The notes under the pieces are model-generated. The model saw nothing but the letters and a program-made list of their open reading frames with translations, was not told where the DNA came from and did no database searches. A DNA stretch of 64,000 nucleotides, from the NCBI RefSeq assembly GCF_963921235.1, contig NC_086097.1, forward strand, positions 232,750,001-232,814,000. The letters run 5' to 3'. The translations under genes were made by a program, and so were the position numbers. Below, piece by piece: positions 25,539 through 38,279 of this stretch (its first letter is position 1; every line of letters begins with the position of its first letter). The DNA comes from Mobula hypostoma. Its lineage: Eukaryota.

Positions 25539-27140
25539 TTGAACTTTATAAATCTTAATCTGAATAAAGGGCTAGTAAAGAAAATAAAAAGAAAAAGGGC
25601 CCATTTACATACATGGAATTATGATGTAGTGGCCATTACAGAGACTTGGCTGGCACCAGGGCAGGAATGGATTCTCAATATTCCTGGATTTCAGTGCTTT
25701 AAAAGGGATAGGGAGGGCGGAAAAAGGGGAGGAGGGGTGGCATTACTGGTCAGGGATACTATTACAGCTACAGAAAGGGTGGGTAATGTAGCAGGATCCT
25801 CTTTTGAGTCAATATGGGTGGAAGTCAGGAACAGGAAGGGAGCAGTTACTCTATTGGGGTTATTCTATAGGCCCCCTGGTAGCAGCAGAGATACAGAGGA
25901 GCAGATTGGGAGGCAGATTTTGGAAGGGTGGAAAAATAGCAGGGTTGTTATCATGGGTGACTTTAACTTCTCTAATATTGATTGGCACCTGATTAGTTCC
26001 AAGGGTTTAGATGGGGCAGAGTTTGTTAAGTGTGTCCAGGACAGATTCCTGTCACAGTATGTGGACAGGCCGACCAGGGGGAATGCCATACTAGATCTAG
26101 TACTAGGTAATGAACTGGTTCAGGTCACAGATCTCTCAGTGGGTGAGCATCTGGGGGACAGTGACCACTGGTCCCTGGTCTTTAGCATTATCATGGAAAA
26201 GGATAGAATCAGAGAGCACAGGAAAATTTTTAATTGGGGAAAGGCAAATTATGAGGCTATAAGGCTAGAACTTGCGGGTGTGAATTGGGATGATGTTTTT
26301 GCAGGGAAATGTACTATGGACATGTGGTCGATGTTTAGAGATCTCTTGCAGGATGTTAGGGATAAATCTGTCCCGGTGAGGAAGATAAAGAATGGTAGGA
26401 TGAAGGAACCATGGGTGACAAGTGAGGTGGAAAATATAATCAGGTGGAAGAAGGCAGCATACATGAGGTTTAGGAAGCAAGGATCAGATGGGTCTATTGA
26501 GGAATGTAGGGAAGCAAGAAAGAAGTTTAAGAAGGGGCTGAGAAGAGCAAGAAGGGGGCATGAGAAGGCCTTGGCAAGTAGGTTAAAGGAAAACCCCAAG
26601 GCATTCTTCAATTATGTGAAGAAAAAAAGGATGACAGGAGTGAAGGTAGGACCGATTAGAGATAAAGGTGGGAAGATGTGCCTGGAGGTTGTGGAAGTGA
26701 GCGAGGTCCTCAATGAATACTTCTCTTCGGTATTCACCAATGAGAGGGAACTTGATGATGGTGAGGACAATATGAGTGAGGTTGATGTTCTGGAGCATGT
26801 TGATATTAGGGGAGAGGAGGTGTTGGAGTTGTTAAAATACATTAGGACAGATAAGTCCCCGGTGCCTGATGGAACATTCCCCAGGCTGCTCCACGAGGTG
26901 AGAGAAGAGATTGCTGAGCCTCTTGCTAGGATCTTTATATCCTCGTTGTCCACGGGAATGGTACCAGCGGATTGGAGGGAGGCGAATGTTGTCCTCTTGT
27001 TCAAAAAAGGTAGTAGGGATAGTCTTGGTAATTATAGATCAATGAGTCTTACGTCTGTGGTGGGAAAGCTGTTGGAAAAGATTCTTAGAGATAGGATCTA
27101 TGGGCATTTAGAGAATCATGGTCTGATCAGGGCTTTGTGA
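25539..27140 (+). CDS. CR1 ORF2 N-terminal part: APE endonuclease plus start of RT (533 aa, disrupted)
   Basis: ORF track motifs; the first ~22 residues come from flanking sequence. Confidence 0.85.
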   Translation: MNFINLNLNKGLVKKIKRKRAHLHTWNYDVVAITETWLAPGQEWILNIPGFQCFKRDREGGKRGGGVALLVRDTITATERVGNVAGSSFESIWVEVRNRKGAVTLLGLFYRPPGSSRDTEEQIGRQILEGWKNSRVVIMGDFNFSNIDWHLISSKGLDGAEFVKCVQDRFLSQYVDRPTRGNAILDLVLGNELVQVTDLSVGEHLGDSDHWSLVFSIIMEKDRIREHRKIFNWGKANYEAIRLELAGVNWDDVFAGKCTMDMWSMFRDLLQDVRDKSVPVRKIKNGRMKEPWVTSEVENIIRWKKAAYMRFRKQGSDGSIEECREARKKFKKGLRRARRGHEKALASRLKENPKAFFNYVKKKRMTGVKVGPIRDKGGKMCLEVVEVSEVLNEYFSSVFTNERELDDGEDNMSEVDVLEHVDIRGEEVLELLKYIRTDKSPVPDGTFPRLLHEVREEIAEPLARIFISSLSTGMVPADWREANVVLLFKKGSRDSLGNYRSMSLTSVVGKLLEKILRDRIYGHLENHGLIRAL

Positions 27141-29749
27141 AGGGCAGATCGTGTCTAACAAGCCTGATAGAGTTCTTTGAGGAGATGACCAGGCATATAG
27201 ATGAGGGTAGTACAGTGGATGTGATCTATATGGATTTTAGTAAGGCATTTGACAAGGTTCCACATGGTAGGCTTATTCAGAAAGTTAGAAGGCATGGGAT
27301 CCAGGGAAGTTTGGCCAGGTGGATTCAGAATTGGCTTGCCTGCAGAAGGCAGAAGGTGGTGGTGGAGGGAGTACATTCAGATTGGAGGATTGTGACTAGT
27401 GGTGTTCCACAAGGATCTGTTCTGGGACCTCTACTTTTCGTGATTTTTATTAACGACCTGGATGTCGGGGTTGAAGGGTGGGTTGGCAAGTTTGCAGATG
27501 ACACAAAGGTTGGTGGTGTTGTAGATAGTGTAGAGGATTGTCAAAGATTGCAGAGAGACATTGATAGGATGCAGAAGTGGGCTGAGAAGTGGCAGATGGA
27601 GTTCAACCCGGAGAAGTGTGAGGTGGTACACTTTGGAAGGTGGTACAAATTTGAAGAAATGAGAAAGGATCTAAAAAGCGTGGATTGGGACAGGTTGTTC
27701 TCTGGCAAAGATGTGATTGGTAGGTGGGAAGCCTTCAAAGGGGAAATTTTGAGAGTGCAGAGTTTGTATGTTCCTGTCAGGATTAAAGGCAAATTGAATA
27801 GGAATAAGGAACCTTGGTTCTCAAGGGATATTGCAACTCTGATAAAGAAGAAGAGGGAGTTGTATGAAATGTATAGGAAACAGGGGGTAAATCAGGTGCT
27901 TGAGGAGTATAAGAAGTGCAAGAAAATACTTAAGAAAGAAATCAGGAGGGCTAAAAGAAGACATGAGGTTGCCTTGGCAGTCAAAGTGAAGGATAATCCA
28001 AAGAGCTTTTACAAGTATATCAAGAGCAAAAGGATTGTAAGGGATAAAATTGGTCCTCTTGAAGATCAGAGTGGTCGGCTTTGTGAGGAACCAAAGGAAA
28101 TGGGGGAGATCTTAAATGGGTTTTTTGCGTCTGTATTTACTAAGGAAGTTGGCATGAAATCTATGGAATTGAGGGAATCAAGTAGTGAGATCATGGAAAC
28201 TGTACAGATTGAAAAGGAGGAGGTGCTTGCTGTCTTGAGGAAAATTAAAATGGATAAATCCCTGGGACCTGACAGAGTGTTCCCTCAGACCTTGAAGGAG
28301 ACTAGTGTTGAAATTGCGGGGGCCCTGGCAGAAATATTTAAAATGTCGCTGTCTACGTGTGAAGTGCCGGAGGATTGGAGAGTGGCTCATGTTGTTCCGT
28401 TGTTTAAAAAAGGATCGAAAAGTAATCCGGGAAATTATAGGCCGGTGAGTTTAACGTCAGTAGTTGGTAAGTTATTGGAGGGAGTACTAAGAGACAGAAT
28501 CTACAAGCATTTGGATAGACAGGGACTTATTAGGGAGAGTCAACATGGCTTTGTGCATGGTAGGTCATGTTTGACCAATCTGCTGGAGTTTTTCGAGGAG
28601 GTTACCAGGAAAGTGGATGAAAGGAAGGCAGTGGATATTGTCTACATGGACTTCAGTAAGGCCTTTGACAAGGTCCCGCATGGGAGGTTAGTTAGGAAAA
28701 TTCAGTCGCTAGGTATACATGGAGAGGTGGTAAATTGGATTAGACATTGGCTTGATGGAAGAAGCCAGAGAGTGGTGGTAGAGAATTGCTTCTCTGAGTG
28801 GAGGCCTGTGACTAGTGGTGTGCCACAGGGATCAGTGCTGGGTCCATTGTTATTTGTCATCTATATCAATGATCTGGATGATAATGTGGTAAATTGGATC
28901 AGCAAGTTTGCTGATGATACAAAGATTGGAGGTGTAGTAGACAGTGAGGAAGGTTTTCAGAGTCTGCAGAGGGACTTGGACCAGCTGGAAAAATGGGCTG
29001 AAAAATGGCAGATGGAGTTTAATACTGACAAGTGTGAGGTATTGCATGTTGGAAGGACAAACCAACGTAGAACATACAGGGTTAATGGTAAGGCACTGAG
29101 GAGTGCAGTGGAACAGAGGGATCTGGGAATACAGATACAAAATTCCCTAAAAGTAGCATCACAGGTAGATAGGGTTGTAAAGAGAGCTTTTGGTACATTG
29201 GCCTTTATTAATCAAAGTATTGAGTATAAGAGCTGGAATGTTATGATGAGGTTGTATAAGGCATTGGTGAGGCTGAATCTGGAGTATTGTGTTCAATCTT
29301 GGTCACCAAATTACAGGAAGGATATAAATAAGGTTGAAAGAGTGCAGAGAGGGTTTACAAGGATGTTGCAGGGTCTTGAGAAACTCAGTTGCAGAGAAAG
29401 GTTGAATAGGTTAGGACTTTATTCCCTGGAGTGTAGAAGAATGAGGGGAGATTTGATAGAGGTATATAAAATTATGATGGGTATAGATAGAATGAATGCA
29501 AGTAGGCTTTTTCCACTGAGGCAAGGGGAGAAAAAAACCAGAGGACATGGGTTAAGGGTGAGGGGGGAAAAGTTTAAAGGGAACATTAGCGGGGGCTTCT
29601 TCACACAGAGAGTGGTGGGAGTATGGAATGAGCTGCCAGACGAGGTGGTAAATGTGGGTTCTTTTTTAACATTTAAGAATAAATTGGACAGATACATGGA
29701 TGGGAGGTGTATGGAGGGATATGGTCCGTGTACAGGTCAGTGGGATTAG
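27137..29749 (+). CDS. Chimeric 870-aa ORF: CR1-A RT core fused in frame to CR1-B tether and full RT
   Basis: Two sets of DFSKAFDKVPH/QGSVLGP/FADD; junction VVHFGR|WYKFEEMRK. Confidence 0.85.
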   Translation: MKGRSCLTSLIEFFEEMTRHIDEGSTVDVIYMDFSKAFDKVPHGRLIQKVRRHGIQGSLARWIQNWLACRRQKVVVEGVHSDWRIVTSGVPQGSVLGPLLFVIFINDLDVGVEGWVGKFADDTKVGGVVDSVEDCQRLQRDIDRMQKWAEKWQMEFNPEKCEVVHFGRWYKFEEMRKDLKSVDWDRLFSGKDVIGRWEAFKGEILRVQSLYVPVRIKGKLNRNKEPWFSRDIATLIKKKRELYEMYRKQGVNQVLEEYKKCKKILKKEIRRAKRRHEVALAVKVKDNPKSFYKYIKSKRIVRDKIGPLEDQSGRLCEEPKEMGEILNGFFASVFTKEVGMKSMELRESSSEIMETVQIEKEEVLAVLRKIKMDKSLGPDRVFPQTLKETSVEIAGALAEIFKMSLSTCEVPEDWRVAHVVPLFKKGSKSNPGNYRPVSLTSVVGKLLEGVLRDRIYKHLDRQGLIRESQHGFVHGRSCLTNLLEFFEEVTRKVDERKAVDIVYMDFSKAFDKVPHGRLVRKIQSLGIHGEVVNWIRHWLDGRSQRVVVENCFSEWRPVTSGVPQGSVLGPLLFVIYINDLDDNVVNWISKFADDTKIGGVVDSEEGFQSLQRDLDQLEKWAEKWQMEFNTDKCEVLHVGRTNQRRTYRVNGKALRSAVEQRDLGIQIQNSLKVASQVDRVVKRAFGTLAFINQSIEYKSWNVMMRLYKALVRLNLEYCVQSWSPNYRKDINKVERVQRGFTRMLQGLEKLSCRERLNRLGLYSLECRRMRGDLIEVYKIMMGIDRMNASRLFPLRQGEKKTRGHGLRVRGEKFKGNISGGFFTQRVVGVWNELPDEVVNVGSFLTFKNKLDRYMDGRCMEGYGPCTGQWD

Positions 29750-29828
29750 GCAGAAAATGGTTCGGCACAGCCAAGAAGGGCCAAAGGGCCTGTTTCTGTG
29801 CTGTAGTTTCAATGGTTCTATGGTTCTA
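27641..29828 (+). mobile_element. CR1 family B, 5'-truncated, nested
   Basis: TSD tggaagg (27634-27640, 29829-29835); (ATGGTTCT)n tail. Confidence 0.93.
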
Positions 29829-32800
29829 TGGAAGGACATACTCCAAGGCCGAATACAAAGTAAATGGCAGGATACTTGGTAGTGTGGAGGAGCAGAGGGA
29901 TCTCAGGGTACATGTCCACAGATCCCTGAAAGTTGCCTCACAGGTGGATAGGGTAGTTAAGAAAGCTTATGGGGTGTTAGCTTTCATAAGTCGAGGGATA
30001 GAGTTTAAGAGTCGCGATGTAATGATGCAGCTCTATAAAACTCTGGTTAGGCCACACTTGGAGTACTGTGTCCAGTTCTGGTCACCTCACTATAGGAAGG
30101 ATGTGGAAGCATTGGAAAGGGTACAGAGGAGATTTACCAGGATGCTGCCTGGTTTAGAAAGTATGCATTATGATCAGAGATTAAGGGAGCTAGGGCTTTA
30201 CTCTTTGGAGAGAAGGAGGATGAGAGGAGACATGATAGAGGCGTACAAGATCATAAGAGGAATAGATAGAGTGGATAGTCAGCGCCTCTTCCCCAGGGCA
30301 CCACTGCTCAATACAAGAGGACATGGCTTTAAGGTAAGGGGTGGGAAGTTCAAGGGGGATATTAGAGGAAGGTTTTTTACTCAGAGAGTGGTTAGTGTGT
30401 GGAATGCACTGCCTGAGTCAGTGGTGGAGGCAGATACACTAGTGAAGTTTAAGAGACTACTAGACAGGTATATGGAGGAATTTAAGGTGGGGGCTTATAT
30501 GGGAGGCAAGGTTTGAGGTACAACTGTGGGCCAAAGGGCCTGTACTGTGCTGTACTATTCTATGTTCTATTTAAGGAAAAAAGTCTATTGCGCATCATTG
30601 GAGCCTACTGATACGGCTATTCATCAACCATCGACCTCTTCTGAGTATCACCAACCTCCAAGCTTAGCTGACCCTCGGACCCTTGTTCCTCAGTCCACTC
30701 CGTCTGGTGGTCTTCTGGCTTTCTCCATTCGCGTACTTTCTCTCCATTGCTCCTCGACAAAGACCGCAAAAACCTGGCTCCCAGCCACACAAGAAAGAAC
30801 AACATTTCCCCCATTGGACAGTGCCTGGATTCCAAAGTCCCATCGTCTCTAGCCATAACCCAAACATTGCTGCTACAGAGAAACTATTACCTTAACAGTG
30901 GAACATTACACAGAAGCCATTACATTAGCCTTAGCAGTGAAACCTTACAGCGTGTTATAATGGTTAATTAACATAATTAATTAATTGTTAAATTAATCAT
31001 AAATAAAATAAGACTGAAACACGTTTCATTTGGCTGGATTTATGTATGGTTGAATAATAATTAAACTTGAATTTGATTTGATAAATTGTTCAGATTTTTT
31101 ACAAAAACGCAATTAAAATGTGGAAAAGGTCTATTTTAGTGCAAGGTGGTTAATGTGGTCAGACTGTTGCAAAACTGTAGTAATTAGTGTTTTTCTGGTT
31201 GGTTCAAGAACTGAGTGGTTGAAGGGAAGTAGCTATTCTTGAACATTGTGGTGTGGGACTTCAGGTTTCTGTACCTCCTGCCTGATAGTAGCTGTGAAAA
31301 AATGACAGGGCTCGGAGACCGTGGCGCTTTGATTATAAATGCTACCGTCTTGGGGAAGAGCCGCCTGTAAATACTTCCAATGATAGTATTTACATTGATG
31401 GTATTTACAGGATGAAATACTGTAAATATTTGATCAACACAAGGGATCTATTGTGCAAAGTGATATAACGATTTTGCATTGAGCTCTTCTGAGATTTGCT
31501 TGCATTGAAATGAAAAGTGTCGTACAAAATGTGCATGCTATGAAATCATGCATATAATGCATTCAGCAGAAGAAACAATTTCTAACTGTGCCTTTACTTA
31601 TATAGCCATGCAACTTATATAGATCATTTTAAGAACTTTTCATCTTAAAAAATAGTGTAACTAAAACCCTCTATCACCTCATGTACAATGTCTGCCCATT
31701 ACTCTATCTGTAACTTTAACATGTACTCTTGTACTTGTTAGCATAGGTGAAAAGTGTTTTATTAATTTTATAAAGTACCCTCACTTTGATTGGTGAGTGT
31801 GAATAACAGCACTCTCCAACACAATTTCCACTGCAGAGCCAAATTGTAACTGGCATTAAATAATACAAAGCTATGTAAAAGTCTATTTAAAATGGTGAGC
31901 TACACTTAATTCCCAAATTCTGTGGTCTGAGATATTAATGTAAAATGACTGAATCAGCTTTTTGTGGATTTAAATATTTCTGTGGGGAGCAGAATCAACA
32001 GAATAATTGAAGAGACTATTATTTATGACATGAATTATACTGATCTTTCTATAAGCAATCTTTGAAAAACATCCTGAAAACATTGATCTTTGAATAGTGG
32101 AAAAAAGTACCAAGTTACTAAATAAATATTTTGAGATAAAATAAAACACAATTAAATAAATTTTATTACATTCACAATTATTAATTAAATCACAATTTAC
32201 TTCATAGAGAGACATTTAAAAAATCTCAACAGAGGTGTGAAACTCTAAGTTCAAAAAAATTATTACCAAAGTACATATATTTTACCATATACAACCTTGA
32301 GATTTGATTTTCTAGTAGCTTTTCACAGAAAAAAAATTCAATAGAATTTTATGAAAAGTTACACATGAACAGACTATGGCTGACAAACAAAGTGCAAAAG
32401 GAAACAAAGTGGGCAATTAAAAACAATGCCGAGAACATAAGTTATAAAGAATCCACAAAAGTGAGTCTGTAGGTTGTTAATCGAGTTCAGAGGAATGGTG
32501 AATGAAGTTATCCACACTAGTTCAGGAGCCTAATGGTTGTAGAATAATTAATAACTGTTCCTGAACCTGGTGGTGTAAGACATAAGGCTTCCGTTCCTCC
32601 TGCTCAAATGTAGTAGTGAGAAGGGGATATGGTCTGGATTGTGGTGGTCTTTAATGATGGATGTGGCAGTGCTGCATGTAAATATACTTGGTGTGGAGAG
32701 CTGGTATTGTAGAGCCTTACCGTCATGTTACTGTGCAGATTACTAGAGCTACCTGCAGTTTAGTAGAAGCATTTCAAATAGTGCATCCCTGTTTCACAAG

Positions 32801-33569
32801 AAGGTGAAGAATATTTCCTTGAGAGAAAGGGATTTCCAGTGAAGAGTATGCAGGCTGCGTGTAGAATTGAATTGGCTGTTCGCTCAGAGAACTTGCCCTA
32901 ATGTGCTTCTAGTGAAGCAGGGGTGCCTGTGTCTCCGATCTTCATGTTGGAATGCTTCATATGGGGAATGGCCAGCAGAAGACCTGTGGGACAAATCTGG
33001 CCCACGATGCTACACTGAATCCTTCCATTGTTGCCCACCTGTGTGCTCAGCAAACTTGCACTTCAGAGGATAACTTCCAACTTTAGCAGAGGCAAAGATG
33101 AATAAAAAGATGGCTGGGGTCTAAAATGTGCAGCCGATCTAACACAGTCATTTTCCTTCCCAAATTCCAAATCCAATTTAAGCAACTCTTACAGTCTGAT
33201 CTGCAAATCCCTACTTATTTTTTTGACTTGGAGCAATTTGGTATCAATCAGGAAATGGGGGTGGCACGGCAGCGTGGCAGTTAGCGCCGTTGCTTTGCAG
33301 CGCCCGTGATCACCAGTCGGGGATCAAATCCCACCGTGGTCTATCAGGAGTTGTGCATCCTTACATCCTGGCGTAACTGCGTAGGTTTCCTCCGAGTGCG
33401 CCACTTCTCTTTCACATTCCAAAGACGTATGGTTAGGGTTAGTGTGTTGTGGCAAGCTACGTTTGCGCTGGAAGTGGGCAGCACTTGAGGATTGGCATAA
33501 TGCAATCTGCAGACTGTGTGGGTCGTTCACGCAAATAACACATCTCACTGTATGTTCCGATGTTTTAAG

Positions 33570-34066
33570 GCTATAAGACCATAAGATATAGGAGCAGGAT
33601 TAGGCCATCATGGCTGATCCATTTTCCCTCTCAGCCCCAATCTCCCCATATCTCTTCATGCCCTGACCAATCAACAATTTAATAACCTCCGCCTTAAATA
33701 TACATAAAGACTTGGCCTCCACAGCTGCCTGTGTGGCAACGGATTCCACAGATTCACCACTCTTTAGCTAGAGAAATTCCTCCTGTTCTCCATTCTAAAA
33801 GGATGCCCCTCTATTCTGAGGCTGTGTGTCCTCTGATCCTGGACTCTCCCATCATAGGAAACTTCCTCTCCACATTCTCTCTATCGAGACCTTTTAATAT
33901 TTGATAGGTTTCAATGAAGTCACCCATTATTCTTCTGAATTCCAGTGAATACAGGCCCGGAGCAAGCAAAAGCTCTTCATATGACAAGCTATTCAATCCT
34001 GGAATCATTTTTGTGAACCTCCTTCGAACCCTCTCCAGTGTCTGCATGTCCTTTCTAAGATAAGGG
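33570..34066 (-). mobile_element. CR1 3' end inserted in a V-SINE tail
   Basis: ORF 33811-34047; the SINE tail resumes at ~34067. Confidence 0.8.
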
Positions 34067-34229
34067 TTCTGATGTACAATGCAACAAATAAAGCTAATCT
34101 TTCTTTTTTAAAACCTTGATGTAGCTTAAAAAGATGAGAACAAAGTATGTTGTTAAAATCTAATTGAAGTTTACCACTCGTGAACTTCAGTTTTTTTTAG
34201 TTTCATGCATTGATCTTAATCATAAATGA

Positions 34230-34800
34230 ATGAGTTTCTTTACCATCTTAAACCATTCATTCTGCACTTATGTTCTGAGTTGAATGCATGGGTATAGGAA
34301 TGGGAGAGATAAATAGAGGTCTTAATAAACTGGACAACAGAGGAAAGGTTGCGTGATTGGTTGAGTCGAAAACTGTGAGCAAACTGCAGACCAAAAGAAG
34401 CAGACAAGTGCAAATTACACAATGGAGGCAATCTCCGTGCTGTGAGCAGAATATAAACAGTGCGGCCTTCAAGACCAGAATTTGTAGTCGACGCGAGTTT
34501 CCAGGACCTTGGGGAGTGAATAAAGAAGACTGGAAGTGGGATGGTAATTAGAGATGGTGAATTGACGAAGGGTTTTGTTCATGATGGAGGAAGAAAAAAT
34601 GAGGCTATTAACAATGCTGATCAGAGATATATTAATTGTGTGATTACACATTGGTTGGACAGTGACTGAACTGCAAATGAATCTCAGGAGATTGATAGAG
34701 GGCAGGAGCAATGTGTCAAAGTGAGATGAGTCACTGTCGATGAAATCATACCCAAAGACCATCTCCCATGATGAAGAGGAAATCTGAATTTATACTCCAA
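34230..34800 (-). mobile_element. Ancient L2-like RT remnant
   Basis: ISIVNSL..SNYHP..LPKVLE and LSSVVQ in minus-strand ORFs. Confidence 0.55.
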
Positions 34801-35364
34801 TAAAAGAAATGAGAGACTGAAGTATAAAATCAATAGAAATAATTACTAAATGTGGGTCTTGCTGAGCATTCCATTGTCTCCCGAGTGACAGTGAATCCTG
34901 TCATGTCAGTGGATGATGGAATTATTTTAATGTTCATGTTTAGCTCAAGGCAAATTTAAATAAAAAAACATACTTTAAAACCACTGACCTAAATTTTCCA
35001 TTCACAGTTTAATGCCTTTTAACTATATTGTGGTCTGATAATTATATTTTAAATTCATTAATATAATTACTTGATGTTAAGGTACAATGATACATGAATG
35101 CATTTTCCAGTAAGTTATGGAAAACAATGTTCTTACCATTGATATATATCTATATACTCAATGTAAAATAACATTTAATAAAGTATCAATCCTAAATATT
35201 AAAAAAATGAAATAACCCTACTTTGGGAACATTGACTCAGTGTCACAAATGTCTCCTTTCGCTCTCCTAATCAGAATTATTCTGTTAATAGTTGTGTCAG
35301 AGGAGGGACACTGTTAGGGAGAGGTGGGTTGGTTGGTTAAGTATCTTAGAGCCTCCCAGCATAA

Positions 35365-37375
35365 TAGAGTCACAGAGTCATAGAATACTGCAGCACAGAA
35401 ATGGGACCTTCCGCCAATCTAGCCTATGCCCAACTGTTAATCTACTTAATCCCATCAATCTGCACCCAGACGATAACCCTCCATACAACTTCCATCTGTG
35501 TACCTGTCCAAATTTCTCTTAAATGTTGAAATTGAACCCACATCCACTCCTTCTCTGGTAAAGAAGTTGCCTCTTACGTTTCCCTTAAACACTTCACCTT
35601 TCACCCTTTAGTTCTCATCTTACCCAACCTCAGTGGAAAAAGCCTGTTTGCATTTACCCTATCTATACCCCTCATAATTTTGTACACCTCTATCAAATCT
35701 CCCCTCATTCTTCTATGCTGTAGGGAATAATGTCCTAACCTATCCAATCTTTCCCTATATCTCAGGTACTCCCGGCAACATCCTTGTAAATTATCTCTGC
35801 AATTCTTCCTGTAGGTAGGTGACTAAAATTGTACACAATACTCCAAATTAGGTCTCACCAATGTCCAATACTATTTCAACATAGCATCCTACTTCCTGTA
35901 AGCAATACATAGATTTATGAAGCCCAATATGCCATTATGATCCTGTCTACCTGTGACGCCACTTTAAGAGAATTATGGATCTGTATTCTCAAATCCCTCT
36001 GTTCTACCACACTCCTCAGTGCCCGACCACTCATCATATAAGCCCTATCCTGGCTTGTCTCCCAGAATGCAACACCTCAAATTTGTCTGTATTCAATTCC
36101 ATCTGGCATCATACAGCCCATTTTTCCAGCTGGTCGAGATCCTGCCGCAAGCTTCCTCACTAATCTAGTTTACCAGATCATCATCAGATTATTGATATAG
36201 ATGACCAACAACAATGGACTCAGCATTGATCCCTGCAGCACTCCGCTAGTCACAGGCATGTAGTCAGAGAGGCAACCATCTACTACTACTGTCTGGCTTC
36301 TCCCACAAAGCCAATGTCTAATCCAATTTACAACCTCGTCTTGAATGCCAATTGACTGAATCTCCTTGATCAACCTCCCATGCGGGACCTTGTCAAAGCC
36401 TTGCTAAGGCCTATGTAGACAACATCCACTGCCTGGTGTTATCTACTTTCCTGGTAACTTCCTCCAAAAAACTCTATAAGGTTGGTTGAACATGACCTAC
36501 CACATACAAAGACATTTGTCTATCCCTAATCAGTCCCTGTCTATCCAAATAATTATATATCCGGTCCCTTAGAATACCTACCAATAACTTAAAAACTACT
36601 GATGTTAGACTCACTAGACTATAATTTCCTGGCTTATTCTTATAAACTTCCTTAAACATCAGAACAACTTTGGGTATCCTCCAATCCTCTGGCACCCAAC
36701 CTTGTCTAAGGATGCAAAAATGTCTCTGCTAATGCACCTGTAATTTCTGCACCAGCCTAGTATTGGGTCCGAGGGAACACCTTGTCAAGCCCTGGGGAGT
36801 TGTTCACATTAATTTGCATCAAGACAGCAAACACCTCCTCCTCTGTAATCTGTGACTTCTCTGCTGCTTTGCTTCACTTCAATAGACTCTGTGTCCATCT
36901 CCTGAGTAAATACAGATGCAAAAAAATCCATTGAATATCTCCCCCATCTCTTTCATAGATGACCACTCTGATCTTTCAGAGGTCTAATTTTGTCCCTTGC
37001 TATCCTTCTGCTCTTAATGTATCAGTACAAGTATGTAGGATTCTCCGTCATCTTGTCTGCTAGAGCAACATCAGATCTTATTTTAGCTGTCCTGATTTCT
37101 TTCTCTTCATGTTCGGTACACTCATCAAGTACGTCTATTGTTCCTTCCTGCCTATACCTGCTATGCATCTCTTTCTTTTTCTTAAACAGGGCCTCAATAT
37201 CTCTCAAAAACCAAAGTTCCCTCAACCCGTTATACTTGTTTTTTTAATTCTGACCAGAATATACAAACTCTGTACTCTCAAAATTTCACTTTTGAATGCC
37301 GTCCACTTACCAAGTACTTCTTTGCCAGAAAACAACCTGCGCCAAATCACACTGGTCAGATCCTTTCCGATAGCA
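35365..37375 (-). mobile_element. Decayed CR1 related to family B, multiple internal deletions
   Basis: ORFs 36170-36373, 36474-36695, 37022-37225. Confidence 0.88.
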
Positions 37376-37704
37376 TCTAACTCTAATAAATTCGATGCAG
37401 TCTCAGTGGCTTTATCTCTAGCATGAGCAAGAAACGTTCCTGCTCATTACCACTTATTTCTCTTATTCACCTGTTGGTTAGCATTTCTGCCTTTTGAAAT
37501 AAAAACGTTTGGGGAAACTTTGAAGGTGGCAAGACTCAAGGTGGAGGTTCAATACGCACTGACAAGAATGGCCCTGGAGTAGCCTTACCTTTTGGCTTCT
37601 CCCTTTGTCTCTCACCTCCTGATTTGCAAAGTGATCAGGAATTACATACTGAGACAACCTTTCTACCAAAATAGCCACATGACAATTTGCAGAATCCTTC
37701 CTTC

Positions 37705-37907
37705 ACAGCTGTTCCTTACCTCGCCTTGTGGCACATTGGGTGGTATTTTTGCTGTTTCTGTAGTGTTCAACTGTTTCTTACGAGGTCGAATTGCTAGCTC
37801 AATGCTCAACCCAGCATGGGTGGAAAGCGTGGAAGGGGCCGGCTGGATTCTAACTCGGGAACATTTGCCTCAAAAGCTGGTGCTGATGCCACTACACCTT
37901 GGGCTGG
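37705..37907 (-). mobile_element. tRNA-headed SINE
   Basis: Minus strand ggtgtagtggc (A box) ...gagttagaatcc (B box). Confidence 0.55.
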
Positions 37908-38279
37908 CAATTCCCTCACAGTGGGTTTCAGAAAAAAAAATTAGTCAAAAGGAGATAACCTAACTTATTGTTTCCTAACATTACAAGTTAGCTCTCGTGT
38001 AAGAATTTACATTTCTTGTTCCATTCATCGGTTGGTCACTTGGGTTACACTCAGGACTTTGTGGATAGTTAACCAACCATCCATTCTGCTGGAATTTAGT
38101 TTGAATTTTTGAATGAGCACAACCTTAGTTCATTAAGCGTTGTCTGAGAGAAGCACTTAGAGAATAACTTGGCCGGGATGACTCCATTCCTCTGAAAAAG
38201 GCAGGCCTGATTATCTTTCCCTTTAAATGAATAGGAGGGAGAATAGAATTGTATCCATAATAGGATATCATATCCTATG

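Larger units (their letters stand above)
25607..30570 (+). mobile_element. CR1 family A, near-complete ORF2 (APE endonuclease plus RT), interrupted by CR1 family B
   Basis: ITETWL, GDFN, SDH, QGSVLGP, FADD; frameshift near 27131; resumes at 29829. Confidence 0.95.
25377..30959 (-). mobile_element. Solo-LTR-like element (25377-25606 plus 30571-30959) split by CR1
   Basis: Termini TGTAAC...GTTATA (GTTACA with one change); the two halves read as one element; strand inferred. Confidence 0.55.

Noticed and set aside
25865..29697. Antisense ORFs over CR1 ORF2 (also at 43 and 46-50 kb)
   Set aside because: Shadow frames of LINE coding sequence
25539..30516. Autonomous active CR1 or domesticated RT gene
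   Set aside because: No ORF1 or 5'UTR, a frameshift near 27131 and a nested insertion; no evidence of selection visible
32700..33100. Unique moderately GC stretch with a 68-aa ORF
   Set aside because: No motif, no convincing splice pair and no repeat match recognised
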